Counted from the first letter of the stretch, positions 37,391 to 51,320 are shown. The stretch: DNA of 64,000 nucleotides from Sphaerodactylus townsendi (GCF_021028975.2 NC_059427.1:124496001-124560000); one strand, 5' to 3'. Made by a program: numbers and translations. Notes: generated by a model not told the origin, from the letters alone.

Positions 37391-40300
37391 ATCGTTTGCC
37401 TTTATGAGGGACACTAATGGGGATATTGAAGGACTGAGAGGGCAATCCTGAGTGTGGGGACCAAAACGCTGGTGTTGGGGAGCTGCGTGGCAATGCAAAG
37501 CCATATAGCAGCATAGAATCATAGAGTTGGAAGAGAGCACAAGGGCCAACAGGGCCAAACCCCTGCCATAGCCGTTGCACCAGCACTTCTTTGGTGCAGG
37601 AGCCCACACCAGTGCCAAAGGGGACATCCTGGGGTAAGGCCAACTTTAGTTGGCTTCCTAAGATCTTTCTGCCTGGGAATGCACCTCATGTCACTTCTTA
37701 CTCCCCCCACCCCCCAACACCAATTTGTATTTACAGTGGAACCTCGGTTTTAATCCATGATTCGTTCAGAATCACGTGATGAAAAACGAAATCGGTGTAG
37801 TCCGAGGTACGCAACGCAAACAGCGCACCAGATTTGCACAAAAAGCCTTGGAAGCTGATGGAATCCGAGGTGACCAACAATCACGGAGACAAAAAAAAAA
37901 ACGACCGGGAGCCACCGGCGAACACCGAAACCGGCGATCTCCGAGGGCAACGTTAACCGAGCTTCCACTGTATAAATGTTCATTGAAGGGAAGGAAATCT
38001 AGCCTGTTTCCCAACTCCATCCCTGTCAAGGGAAAAGTGCAGATTGCATGAATATATGTTGACCTTTTCACTGACAGGCCCTCCCAGTTTAAGTTCAGTT
38101 GGGAAGAAGTCACTTCAGACTCCTGGGTCCATAGACTAAATATTGAACAATATTCAAATCTGTTTAACACCATTAATTTTATCAGCTGTTCCATATACAA
38201 TAATTCAATTAATCAACGAACATTTATAAATACAAATTGGTGGGGGGGGGGGGTAGGCAGTGACATGAGGGAATTCAAACAATTTGGCCAGATGACTGTG
38301 AACTTAATTTCTTTGTATATTCAATTTATAGAAATTCAAAATAAAAGAATTATAAAGAGAAGATATGTTATATAAAGGGTATAATGAAAAATTGAAAAAA
38401 ATACCAAAATAAGAAATTATAAATATCAAAATATTGATTTTATTATTAATATAAAATTAAAAGATTAGCATTATTACTTTAGTATTGAGAAGTAGTCCCA
38501 AAAATATATTGGTTCCAAACAGTAGTGTTGAAAAATATGTATACGTTTTCTTGTAGTTCCTTTTTAGGATCACCAGATGGCCCCAAAATTCATTATATTT
38601 GATCTCAACAGTATTCTTATAGTTACTAATTGTCCTCTTGATGGCCCCAAAATTCACTACTACTGGGGTAGTGCCCCCCCACTGCACTTTACACCTTATT
38701 ATCACTGTGAGGCAGATTTTCCCACCTTGTCCTTTTGTGTTCCTTGGGACTGAGTAGCCTTTCTGGTAGCATTTGATCGTTTCAGGCTATAGTTCAAATA
38801 CTGTCCCCATCCTAAGGTATAGAATGCCCTTTTCTTTTCAAATCAATCACCTTAGAAATGGCACTGGAGAACTGAGGTGGGTTTGAACACATTTAAAGGA
38901 AATTTTATTGAATAAGCAAAGTTCGAATTATAAAAAAAATCAACAGATAGAAATTAGACTATGTACAATCTTAAGTTTCTGTCACAGGCACAGGATTTTA
39001 TCATGCTTTCTAGGGTTCTTAATTTCTTATATGTTATATTTCTTATGAAGGCACATTTTTGTCTTAAATTACTCTTAAAAGTTACTGACTTACAAATTCC
39101 TCATGAGATAACTTAAGCAGATCACTAATACACTAGACAGGAAATTCTCCTTTGAGTATAATTCCCTTCCTATCTGACTTAGGAATTCTCTCAGAAGACA
39201 TATTCCCCTCACCCTTTATTTTGGTCTCTGTGGAAAGTCTCTTTCTACTATTTCACCTCTACTTTGGCCAATAAATAAACTTCCAGTTCTTTTGTCTGTT
39301 TATTTCTGCTCTCAGCATACGCTGCCACACACCATATTTTAGGTCAGATCCACTCTCATTGAAATCCTTTCAGGGTAAATTATAACACTCCTAAGGAACT
39401 TTATGTTACCACACACTAATCCAAATCTAAAAGTTCCTTCTCAGATACCTCCTCCCTCTGTTAGTCAGCTGGTTGCCCCTCCAAACAGAGCACAGGTCAG
39501 CTTACCCAATCAGGGTGCAGTCCAGTTCTAGGAAGTTTTTTTCCCTTGCAGTCCGTCTCAACTAGATTCAATCTTGGTCTCAGATTTTTAACTGTATTCC
39601 ATACAAATCAAGCCAAGTCTTATGTAAGCTTTCTGGGTCTTTCTGAATCAAATCTTTGTTTAATGCATGTTCCAATTAAATGTCTCATTTTTAAAAAATG
39701 AAAAGAGTAAAACATGGTATGTTTACAAAATAAAAAAGGAAAGAGGGCACATTTTCAAACAATCAAAAATGTTATGAGTCCAGCATTCTTAATTTTTGCC
39801 AACTCAAAACATACTTGTACATTCCAACCATAAATCCCAGGCCTTCAAAATATTTTCCAAAATTCAAACAAATCCCCCAAAATTAATTTTTAATTAATTG
39901 AGTTTGAAAGTCTTTAAGAAGCAAGTATTTCTCCCCTGTGCACCTTTCCCGATATGGAAGTTAGTATGTCATTGGCTTTTTCACTGTTCCTTCCCTTCTG
40001 CATATCTCAAAGGAAACAGTTGTAATTTTTAGTCATGTCTTTCTACTTTTATTTGCTTGGTAAACTGGCAAATTAGCACTTAATTGCACTTCTTAAGCAC
40101 AGTTGTAAATAGCAAACCTCTCTTGGCTAATTCTTCGTTGATCTTATCACCAGCAAAGATTCCATCTCTCTCTTTCTCTCTCTCCCCTCCCAAGAAGCAA
40201 GAAACAAGACATTTTACCTCAGCCAAGTTTCAGTTCCCAGGAAAGAGTCCATAAAATAAAACAAATTAGAAACAAGACAAAATAAATAAAGGGGCGGGGC

Positions 40301-40435
40301 GGGGGGGGGGGGAGGCAGGTCTTATAGGCTAACTAACCTGCAGTTACATACATCAGAATCCCACAGGTCTCTGTCAGGTCTGCAAGGATCCACCTATCAA
40401 ATTTGGTTTGAGTAAAATAAATAATCCAGAAGAGG

Positions 40436-40600
40436 TGAGACTGATTATGGCCACCCCATAGGCATGAAACGTTTGGAAGTGGTTTGCCATTTGCTTGCCT
40501 TTGAATGACAACCCCAGTAGTCCTGAGAGGATGCCCATCCAATTTTGAATCAGGGCCAACCTTGCTTAGCAACTGAGGTCTGATGAAATCAGGTAACCAG
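40436..40600 (-). mobile_element. 5S rRNA-derived SINE (second copy)
   Basis: Minus strand ATCAGACCTCAGTTGCTAAGCAAGGTTGGCCCTG..TTGGATGGG plus GGCAAACCAC RTE-type tail. Confidence 0.6.
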
Positions 40601-40749
40601 GGGATATCCAGGTAAGGGCTTTTTAAAAATATATATTTAAATTGCTACTTGATTCTCATTTAATTTTGCTGTATCAGATTTAACACAGCAATCCTTCTAG
40701 AATTACAGCAGAAATTATCTGAGCAGAGGCAAGGGGCAGTGCCTTTTTT

Positions 40750-40862
40750 CAGAGGTGAAGCTACCAGGGGGCTGGGGGGTGCGCGTTGCACCAGGCGCCC
40801 CTTGTGGGGGTGCAAAACTCAGATTTTGCACCAGGCTCCATTTTCCCTAGATATGCCTTATG
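40750..40862. mobile_element. hAT MITE fragment
   Basis: CAGAGGTGAAGCTA...TAGATATGCCT ends; internal GGTGCAAAA/TTTTGCACC inverted repeat. Confidence 0.55.
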
Positions 40863-40953
40863 TCTTTTGTACGTTAATAGATATAAAGGTTGAGTGCCTA
40901 TGTGGTGTTTAGCAGTATCTTTAACAGTCTATTCTGTATTCCCTTAGTAGCAG

Positions 40954-42118
40954 TGATATGTCCCAGGCCAATAATGAAATAGAGACCCAAGATATCAAAA
41001 GAAGTAAGCTTTAATTGGAGGACTGTGTTACCTCAGGAGTAAAGCACTGAGAGGGTGCACACTTTCTATTAGGAACTTTTGTGGGAAACAAAATACATCA
41101 AAAGGGGGCAATCTTGTTTTAAAATACATCTGTGTTCTTCAGAAGTACACAATAAACCAGGAATTCAAAATAATAGATCACAAGAGGTTAGTTTACATGG
41201 TACAATCACAACATCTTAAGGATAGATAAGATCTTTTGGCTTTGATGTGGGAGAGGCATCATTCCCGGAAGGGGGATTCCTTTCCTTGCCAAATGTTTGT
41301 CACCCTAAGGCCGTGGTGGCAAACGTATGGCACTCCCAATTGGCCATGCTGGCAGGGGCTGATGGGAATTGTAGTCCATGGACATCTGGAGTGCCATAGG
41401 TTCGCCACCACTGCCTAAGGTCGGCTCCTTGTAGCTGACAGGTAACATATATATTTTCCTATTCTCTAGTATTTAACGCAATACCTACCTAACCAGGACA
41501 GAATTGTGCTGGGCAATACTTATTCATTTAGGAATAATCATATTTCCTTGCTAAAACACAGGATTTCTAGTACATGGTTTCATAAATGCCTTTAGCATCA
41601 AACACATCCTTGGGATTTGTATTTTACCAACAGACAATATGTAAGGATACAACAAAAACCGGTTCTCAGATACAATCACTTGGGTTTCAAAGGAAGCGAT
41701 CTTTATTGTCCCATTAAAAGGATCCTTTGGGGGAGAAAAGGGAGGAAAGCCCTGTCCTTGATATGCTGGCCTTTTAAGTCAAGGAAGTTCTTTCCCCACA
41801 TTCTGTTAGTGATTTTCCATTTTTCAATGGGACTGTGGTAAATCCTGTTTGTTATCTCTGTTTACAACATTCAGCGAGCAACCCAGTGGCTTGCTGGGAT
41901 GCAGAATTTGTTCCCTTGTGAAAGGAGGAAGAATCTTTGGTTTAATATATTTTTTAATAATTTAGAGCTAAGGCTTTGCAAAGAAAGAGCCTTTCTGCTA
42001 GTACTACTGTCAGTAAGGCTATTATGAAATGAATTCTACTAACGGTCACTCTATAAGTATATTAGCTAATGATTAGGGTGATCTTGACCAAATTTTATTT
42101 TTCTGGCCTGACACAACA
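40954..42118 (-). mobile_element. Probable solo LTR (ERV1/Gypsy type) with nested MITE at 41311-41413
   Basis: TG...CA ends with inverted TGATATGTCCCAGGCC / GGCCTGACACAACA, 4-bp TSD GCAG, minus-strand ATTAAA near the left end. Confidence 0.65.
41311..41413. mobile_element. hAT MITE (same family as 16096), internally deleted
   Basis: CCTAAGG direct flanks; GTGGTGGC/GCCACCAC TIRs. Confidence 0.85.
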
Positions 42119-42337
42119 GCAGCCAGCACCATATTGTACTATCTAAAGAGCGAGATCGGGGAGAGCAATGCACCCTACTAAAGTACTGGCCTGTGTTTGC
42201 TAATTATCCAAAATATAAAGCCATGATGAAGCAGGTTCATGTTTGTCGAGGTAGAAATTACTTTCACCTCTGTTTCATACTAATACAAATTTAGACAAGT
42301 TTCAGTATTATTTTATTTTGTTATTTTCAACGTAAAT

Positions 42338-42420
42338 GAGAGTCAGCATCATGTAGAGGTTAAGGTGTCAGACTAGGATCTGGGAAGCCCAGGTCCGAAT
42401 CCCTGTTCAACCAGGAAAAC
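42338..42420 (+). mobile_element. tRNA-derived SINE head fragment
   Basis: TGTAGAGGTTAAGG A box, GGTCCGAATCCC B box. Confidence 0.55.
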
Positions 42421-42769
42421 GTACATACCGGTATTCCTGCATAAATTTATGCTGGATTTAAGGTGGACTTCTGTTTAATTTGGCACAAGATTGTGCTAGT
42501 CTGGACTTCTGTTTAATTTTTTTTTAGAATCCTCTGCAGTTTGTTGACAGACATACCATTTCTTTTGACACAGAAAAAACTGTCTTGGGAATATTGTTAG
42601 GCTGAGGAGGTTCTAAATGTGATATGTAATAGACCTTAAAATGTGACATCAAGACTTTCTGAAGACAAAATGGTGAGTTTTTAAAGCTGCGTTAAAAGAA
42701 CGTCAGGATTTTTCAACTCTCAATTTTGGAAGCTCAGTTGTTCAAGTGCTACTATGACAATGAGGATAG

Positions 42770-43212
42770 TAGCATCTTAGAGACCAACATGAACTTCAGG
42801 ATATAAGTTTTCAAGAGTCAAATCTCTCTTTGTCAGACCTGAGCAGACTGTTTCTGATGAAGGGAGTGTTGACTTTTAAAAACTTGTAGCTCAAGTTGGT
42901 CTCTAAGGTGCTAGATTAGAATCTTAACCATACAACAATGAGATGTGTGCCCTCAGACAGGTGTTGCTGCCTAGCCTGGGTCTACCCAAAAGGCAAACTC
43001 TGCTGTACTTTCATAATAAAGGACTTGTTCTGGCCAAAAGTGATTCTTATTTACTCACCAAAATAGAATTTCAGAAGGTAGCCATGTTGGTCTGTAGTAG
43101 AACTCTAGATCTGAGTCAAAAAGCACCTTAAAGATTCGGAGCTTTGACTCTTAAAAGATTATACTCTGAGAATCATGTTGGTCTCTGATGGGCTACTGGA
43201 CTCAAGTCTTGC
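42770..43212. mobile_element. Penelope-like pseudo-LTR relics (two fragments)
   Basis: TAGCA(T)CTTAGAGACCAAC...GTTGGTCTCTAAGGTGCTA inverted ends, CTGATGAAGGGAG core; second fragment 43070-43212. Confidence 0.6.
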
Positions 43213-46200
43213 CAGAGGGTGGTGTTTTCCAGCCACTGCTTGGTATCAAGACAAAGGCAGCTCAAATCAATGTGCTCAAAGTTGATCAAGTGTCCCAGAC
43301 CACAACCTGTGAAGCTGTGCTATACGAACATGTGTCATTAGCATTAGTTTTTAAAAAATCTACTTTAGATATATTGCTTACAGTTTAACAAGAATGTTTC
43401 TTCAATATGTGCACTTTATAAAGATGTAAAAACCCTTTGACAGAGATTGCCAAAGTTGTAAATTATTTATACTTGGGTGGGTGGGGGGAATTATGTGCAT
43501 GTGTTTCCCTAATTTAGGTTGAACAGGAGATATTGCCATCTGCCCTTGTTCCTCTAATTCACACTCATTCAGTGTTCAAGCATCATACAGCAAAGACAGT
43601 CTGTTATTTTGTCCTAATAATACTCTACCATATGGTCAACTGCCCACAATAAATGAAAACAGTAACAAAAATCTAGATTTAACCTAGTTCTGGGGCATGG
43701 TAACCTTGAAGATCTTCCCTTCTGTAATAGAAACGAGTTTCTAAACTTGTTGTACAGATGGAAGCACATTTAGAAACAGCTTTTGTAAGTAAAAATGTCT
43801 GATAGTTAAATATTTGATCTCTTAAATGTCTTACAAACAATGTGTTGTTTAGGTTGTGTCCAATTTATTTTTCTGCCTGCTGAAAGTACTTCTGTGGTCA
43901 GAAAGGGTTTTCACCAATGACATCCCATGCTATTCCTGAGGTTCCTCAGCACAGAGGAATAGCACTTCAGGGAGGGCAGTAGGCTGCAGCAGGCAGGGAA
44001 AAGCAGGAAAAAGAATTCAAGGTCCTCTGGATCCAACTCAAAATTTTTTCCTTAAATTGAATGTACTTACGGAAAGTGATTTGCAATGTCATGGTAAACA
44101 AGTGTATTACAATGCAAGTCAAAGCAAAAATGGCTCCTTTCCCTGGCCACTGACATCAGTGAACATAGAAGTGTGTAATTCTGCTTGGGATTCCAATATT
44201 AGTGTCTTCCATGAACATATTTGGTGTCTTGCTATGACATGAGATAGTGCTTGATACATCAGCATCATTATCTAAGTCTTCTCTAAATTCAGATGTTTTT
44301 ACACCATGATGGAAATTCTAACAATTCTTCCCTTATACCGGTAAGCATGGGAAATCGATGGTTTGTACACAAAAAATATTACTATCTCTTCTATTGACAA
44401 AGGTCTATGAAATTCACAGAGCCAGAGTGTACACAACAAATGTACTTGCTGTGTATGCTTCAGTATTACCATTTTTCCAGTAGGCATCCTATAGCTGCAT
44501 GGTCTGCATTGTTAAAAACCAGTGTGCCTCAATATTTGACTTGTGTTTATCAGGAGAGTATATTATCTATGCTTTGCACATTGACTATGGAAAATACAAC
44601 TACAGGTATGAATCTGCAGTGATGCTTGCCCCGTATGAGGTGGAATATCCCCATTTGAAATGAACTTGTACATACCCTAGAGTCCTGGTGTTCATTTCAG
44701 ACCTGAAACAAATATGTTTTATCTTCATACTGGTGGAACCAAGCTTAGCTACATTCCTGTGGTAATTGCTAAGAGATCCATACACTATCAAGTAGTCAGA
44801 AAAAAGTATGTTTGCAGCTAGCTGCATGCTCCTCTTTTTAAAAACCATTTTGCCCCCTTCCACATACATTTCTTCTTTCCAATGTTTTCAAACTAATCTC
44901 AGTAAAAGACTCCAGTTCTGCTGTGATATTGGCAAAAACATCTAAGGATAAAACAGCATGCTCAGTGCCATGGAAAACCTGCAGACTGGATGAGAGGATC
45001 AGGACAGTGGTCCTTATCAGGTAACAGGTTAGCATATTTCCCGCTTATGTTTTACATGTACCATGAGAAAAGAAGCACATCTCTGCAGTTGGAATGCTAG
45101 CCACATACAACAAACCATGGCAGTGGGAGGTCATTACACTTTACCGGGAAGCCAGCTATGGTACCAACTAAAATGCAGAATGAACACTAGGGGTGGAATG
45201 GGGGTGGGGTTCAGCTGTACCGAGTATCCAACGAAGCCTATTTTTGTGGCTGCAGCCCCCCAGGACAGGGTGGCTTACTCAGGGTCAACAGAAATTGCAC
45301 CTTTAATTTCTCGGGTTTATTTCTGGCCCTTACAATTGTGGAACATGAGGAGAAATGCATCACCTTGAGACCTTTGAATTACTAGACTCCTTTGGACAAC
45401 CTGTTTATTTCCCAGTATTCTTTATTTCTCTGTCATGACAGTATAACACAGCAATCTGAAATTTGGCCATTCAGAAGCAAAAATGGCTCATTAGTCCAGC
45501 GTACACTTTCTAGGAATAAAGATACCAAGGCCCGTTTTCACTTCTATTCTCTGAACTGCAAGTGTTGCCTTCTAATGTTAGGCATGTGAAGACTTCCTAT
45601 GTAGAAGGATCATGTATTCTGCACATTCTCGGAGGTAATTTCTTTTGACTTCATATATTTTACGTTTGAGGCCTGGCATGTCAAGCATATGCCAGGGAGA
45701 TCTTAGCACACTTTTAATTCTGCCCAACTCCCAGAATTTATGGTTGGAGCAGAACTAATTTTCTGTGCCGTCTTTCCTGACGTAACAATATTGACAATAG
45801 GATAAATAACTTTATTCATTACGGTAGCAGCAGTCCACTAGAAAAAGCATAAATCCTGATTACAACAGCATCCACACATTATTACATTAAAGTGCATTTA
45901 CATGAACACAGGGACAAAAGTGACTTCACTTGCCTCAAGCAAACACTCAGCTGGCATATATTGACACACAGTTGAAACAGACACATTCTGGACATAGCAA
46001 CATCTACAGCACACAAGAGCTTTGTTCTCCTGGAAATTTTTCATCACCACCACCTGACTGTCCTTGCGCTACTGCATCAGCTGCACTTTGAGAAGGAACC
46101 AAGGTGAACACTTCAGCCACAGGGTGATACTGGCTGAAGGTGGTTCCTTTTCTTAAACCAAGAAAATAATTTAATAGACTCTCTAAACAAAGTTGTGGGG

Positions 46201-49200
46201 GAGGAGGTGCTTGTGAACTCAGAATTGATCTGTCCTACATCTGCTGCACGCACACACACACACACACAATGTGATGACCTAGACAATGAGTTAACAGCAG
46301 CTGTATTGGGAGAAAAGAAAGAACACAAGGCTCTCAGTGACTCCTTAAAAGTCTGCTGCATCATTTAAATATATTTGGTTCCGTTGATTTCGATCATGCT
46401 CCAAATGAATAAAAATATATATTTGTATCTAATGTGTTTTCAAAAAGACAATAAACCATTCAGCAATTTTGCTTTCTATAGGACGAAAGCAGAGAACCCA
46501 TACTGGCTCCCTGTCTGCTACAGAAACTTGAGATGTCCATATGCAGCAATTTGTGTATGGGAGTATCAGTGGCCAACCAAAGTTCCTCTTGCTCAAAATG
46601 TTCTCCCTATTCATTTGAGGGGGGCATGCTGATCTGTGTAGAGTATCTTTTATACATGAAGACTGACAGCATCCTTTAAAATGAATGGGGACCTTAATCC
46701 ATACAAGAGCTTTATGTGCATAACTGGGCACAGTCACATCTCTGGATCAAGGAGTGGGTGTGAAAGCTGCTGCAGTTCATTTTCATTTGTGTACATCTTG
46801 TACCACGCACATTTTGTACTCACACATATTATGTTAACAGTTCTTATATAAAATCTGTTTAAGGGAATGAGAGAATAATGAACTATAGAATAATCAATCG
46901 TCCTGTGACAGTAGGCAAGAAAGCATATACAAAATAAAAATCTTATTTCGAAGTGTACTTAGAGGTAGGGATCTTGTCATCTTCACAATTATAAAATTAG
47001 GAAAAGAACTATTACCTGTTTATTATGCATAGATTTTTAAACTAACTGTAATTCCCCACATAGAGTGTCAGCCCAGGAAAAGTGGTCAAAGTTGATAAGA
47101 GACAGAGGGTCTTGATGCTTTTTTATTGGATAAAAACATGTAAGTGTTCTTTTTCCAAACAGAGAACATTGAAGCTGAAATACATGCATTGCATGCGTTT
47201 CCAGAAATTGCCCCACTAAAAGATAATTACCTTCCCTCCTTTAGAACTGTGATGTTTGAGACCCTTTGCTCCATAAGCTGCTTAAATTTGTACTTTTCCT
47301 ATAACATATCAGAAGCCTTGGATGCAGGAGATAAGAGGAATAAGGTTGTTCTGGTATTCACAGCAGTTCAAAATAAAACACAGGGTCCAGAAAGCCCCTT
47401 GTGCCAGTTAAAGGAACATCTTTCAGTGCAGCACCCTTGTGCAACTTCCTCCAGGATTTCAGAGGTTTCCCAGACACTCAGGAGGTACACTGCAGAGGAC
47501 ACCTGGGACAGTAGAGGGCAGGAGGAGGCAAGTAAACCCTATTTGGTCAGCAAAGGTTCACTTTGCAGTTTTTAGAATTTATTCCATTTCATAAAGTATA
47601 AATAGGCTGTCTATTAATCCAGATTTCCATTGATCCAGATTACCTCCTTCCTCTCTTCAATTGTTCCCCTTTCCCTTGTTTTCTAAATGTATAGGTGGTG
47701 ATACAGGCTGTTGGGTAAGCCCTATGGTTACTCATGGGAGTCAGTGAAATGTAGCAAAAGTGGTATAATAGCCTTAAAACCAAGTAAAAAAGGCAACAGC
47801 TATTATGCAATAGAGCTTCAGCTGAAAGAAGGCAGATATTGATGTCTGTGCTATGAGTGCATTGGGCTTTTAGATAAATAGATGATGATTATTTTAGGAT
47901 CATACCAAATTAGAAAATACTGAGAAGTCAGGCATGTGCCCTTAAAGACACTTTAGTTAAATTAAGTGTGGATATACACCATTCAGTTCTCTCTAACTGG
48001 TTATTAACCAGTCAGTTAAGGAGTATACTAATGATAGTCTTTGTTGAGGCCCAGCTGATAACCACTTGCTTTGACGACTCCACTGGGATTTTTAGCTGAC
48101 CTTTTCCTCAAAAGCAGCTAACAGACCCTCTCTCGCAAAATGAGTTTTTAAATTTCTCTTCCCTATTTAAAGAGCACTTCTGGCTCGATAATACCTACAA
48201 ATTTTAATGGTGACTGTAAATATTCTTCTCTGCTTCTTTGTCAGGAAATATGTGGACTCACCCTACAGTCATTTGCAATCTCTGCAGCCTACCATACCAG
48301 ATCATCAAACAGGCACTTCATTTTGCCACTCAGTTTAACCATTTCCTTCTCATAATCCTAGCCCTACATATTAACAGTCTACCTCCAAAAAACCATTCCA
48401 TACTCAAGTTAAGCTTAACCTAAGTTCTGCGTTATGCCTGGCTTTATCAAAAGAAACAAGTACACTCCTTCTTCAACTTAATGTTGATTAGAGTGATGTG
48501 AAAAATGCATATGAGAAACCTTGCCATTTTTCATGTACAGTTTTTAATAATAATTTTGGTTTGGGGTTTTTAATTAACAAGGTAAACTAAAACATTTAGA
48601 GTTTTTTAATTAATCTCTACCAATAACCTGAAAAAAAGTAAAAAAAATCTAAACTGAAATAGGCAAAAAACAAAACTCTGAGTGAGTTCAAACATTACTG
48701 AGCCCTCATACTGAAAGTGCATCTATGGAGAAACTGTGTGAAACCTGTGCAAAGATCATCAACTGTTCACAGAAGCAAATATGCTGCCTGTGATAAAGCT
48801 GGGAGCTACCTGAGTTCCCAAAATATGTATGTTCTGTTTATATGTACATTGCACATAAATATCTGCAGAAGACGCAAATATTTTTCTATGGGGCAGTCCC
48901 AATATTTCCTGCAGGGAAATATTTTTGAAGCACTTTTCATACAAGAGAGCCATAACATTGTGACAATGGAGCACAGAAGAATATCTACAACCACCATTAT
49001 AATCTGTAGGCGTAATCCAGCCTGAAGTACTGTTTATTTTAGAGGAGGAGATATAAAATCCAATTTAATAAACTTTTGTAAGTTCTCTGTAAAAGGCAAA
49101 GTGCTTTTACTTTGCTCCATTTAAAGTGTCCAATTTTTCCACTTCGTGCCTTAGTAATATATAACTACAATTATAGAGAGAAAGCTGTATCTGACAGCCT

Positions 49201-49475
49201 CTCTTGGAACAAGTACATTTGATCCAGGTGGGTGGGAAAAGAGTGGGATAAGATGACTGTGCATGATAACTACAGAGGAGTAGTTCTGGGGGCTGGAGCC
49301 AGACAAACAATACCCATGCATGCACAGAAACATCCTGCTTGGGTGCTCAGACCTCATGAGAATGTGACATCACTGCCAGCTCGGAGTACAGTGGAAGGTG
49401 ACATGATGGCAGAATTGCCTTTGCCTCTTCTAAGTAGCTCCAATGAGAGCTGGAGAGTAGCGCTATCCTTCTCTG

Positions 49476-49612
49476 CAGTGGCGTAGCGCAAACGGGATGA
49501 GGGGGCGATGCCCTAGGCGGAGCTGTGGCAGGGGCGGGGCATTTCGGGAGCATTCCGGGGCAGGGGCAGGCAACGCTGCGGCAGGGCACAGTTTCCCCTC
49601 GCCCCGCCCCTG
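49476..49612. mobile_element. GC-rich hAT MITE
   Basis: CAGTGGCGTAGC start; perfect 8-bp TSD CTTCTCTG. Confidence 0.9.
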
Positions 49613-51320
49613 CTTCTCTGCTCTGTGCAAAACCTGGAAACTTTTATGTATGGTTAGTGCATGACTAGAAGATGCCATCACACTTCTGCCTTCATCATAC
49701 TCCTTCCTGCCTGTTGAGCCTGTGGGCACTGGAGTGGCAGAGCAACAGGCTTCAGATCTGTTACTGTCCTTGAGATGCTAGTTGGCGATCCTTCATCTCA
49801 ACTATAGCCAAGTACATACCGTATATCTGGCATACAGAAACTGCCTTCTACAAACAAAAAGGTCATTGGGAATTATTCCTGTTGGGGACCAAAGTTATAT
49901 ATAAACTTCTTTACAGGGAGAGGGTTTATTTGATCAGAATTTACAGCTGTGACACATCCAAATCTAAGACTTCTGATTGTATAAACCAGCCCTTAAAATT
50001 ACTAGCCTTCCTTTTAAAGACTCTTGAAGCTGCAAATCCTACCACTGAATGTCCAAGTGAATTCTTGGCAGTCCTGCCATTGAATGCATAAGGGCAGGCT
50101 CAACTACACTTTCGCTTTCAACCATCCAAACACTGCTTCACTGGCTATTACAAGCCAAGGGAGGAAAAAGAAGATAGCAACCAGGGGTTTCTTTCAGAAG
50201 AATGTGAGGCGCAGAAAGCAAACAGTCCTCTTGGCTGCTGAACTTCTTCCTTTAATCCATCCCATTTAGTAACAGGGCTACCAACTCCATAAATTCCTCA
50301 TAATATTTAAATAATGGGAAAGCATTATTTCACAATGTTTTCATTTATAAAAACGAATTCTCTAGCACCTGTCTACACAAGGCTTGGGTGTTTCCCCTCC
50401 TCCAGTTTAATTTCTTTCTAGAAGTTAACGTCCATCAATTGTTAGGGGCAAAGTTCTTTGAATCTGCCTATTCGAAGTAATTACCTGTACAAAATGCTGT
50501 CCAAAGTAAGGTATATTTGGAAGAGGCTGAACTTAAAATCAAGGGTCAATAGGTAGCTTATATGGCAGCTTGCCCTATTGGCCTCTTGGGATTGTACACC
50601 GTTTTCATTTTGTTTTTCACACCATTTAGGAGCAGAAACTATAAGGTTTCCCAGGAAGAATCTCAGTGCCTTTTTGGTACATATATCATATTTCCAGTAA
50701 AAAAGGACACGTAAAAGACAAACTCATAAAATACATTAACAAACTGAAAGTCATCGACAATTGTACATATCAAAATTAGATTAGGGCTGAGCCAAATGAT
50801 CTAAAAATATCTGGAAAACTATGCTTTTAAAAACCTACTGGAGACTAGAGTCCCTGAGATTTCATCTTGCTAAGTCATTTCTCCTAAAGGAGACACAGAC
50901 ACAGAAGATACACAGAGGTGCTCCACAACATAAAAATAGATATCTATTTCATCCGTGTTACAGGAAAGTATATGTATAATTCTTCTCTATTTAAAATACA
51001 TTTTCATCCAAGTGAGATTTTTTTTTTCTGGTGATGCATAGCGGGGGCCTCTACGTGTGTTTGGAAGGCCATTTGTTTCATTTACAGCAGTAGTTATGCC
51101 CAAGCAGCTTAACTTGAAGATCAGTCCTGTTTTAAGCAGAGGAAAAGGATTTTCTTTTCTTTTTTTAAAAGTCAGCATCCAAAGAGTGATGTCATGAGCT
51201 GGTTAGCCTCCAGTTTGGCAAACAGATGGCCCAGCCCTAAGCTAGTCCTATTTCTAAAATAAATAAGAGTGTTGAAGTTCCTTGAATCTCCTAAATATCT
51301 GGCATTAATCTGTGTCACGT

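Noticed and set aside
38707-39561. Second solo LTR
   Set aside because: TG start, minus-strand AATAAA and a CCAAT box are suggestive, but I found no clear CA end with a TSD.
47144-47575. 143-aa ORF and the other short ORFs in the track
   Set aside because: No domain motifs or exon structure, and many start at non-ATG codons; consistent with chance ORFs.
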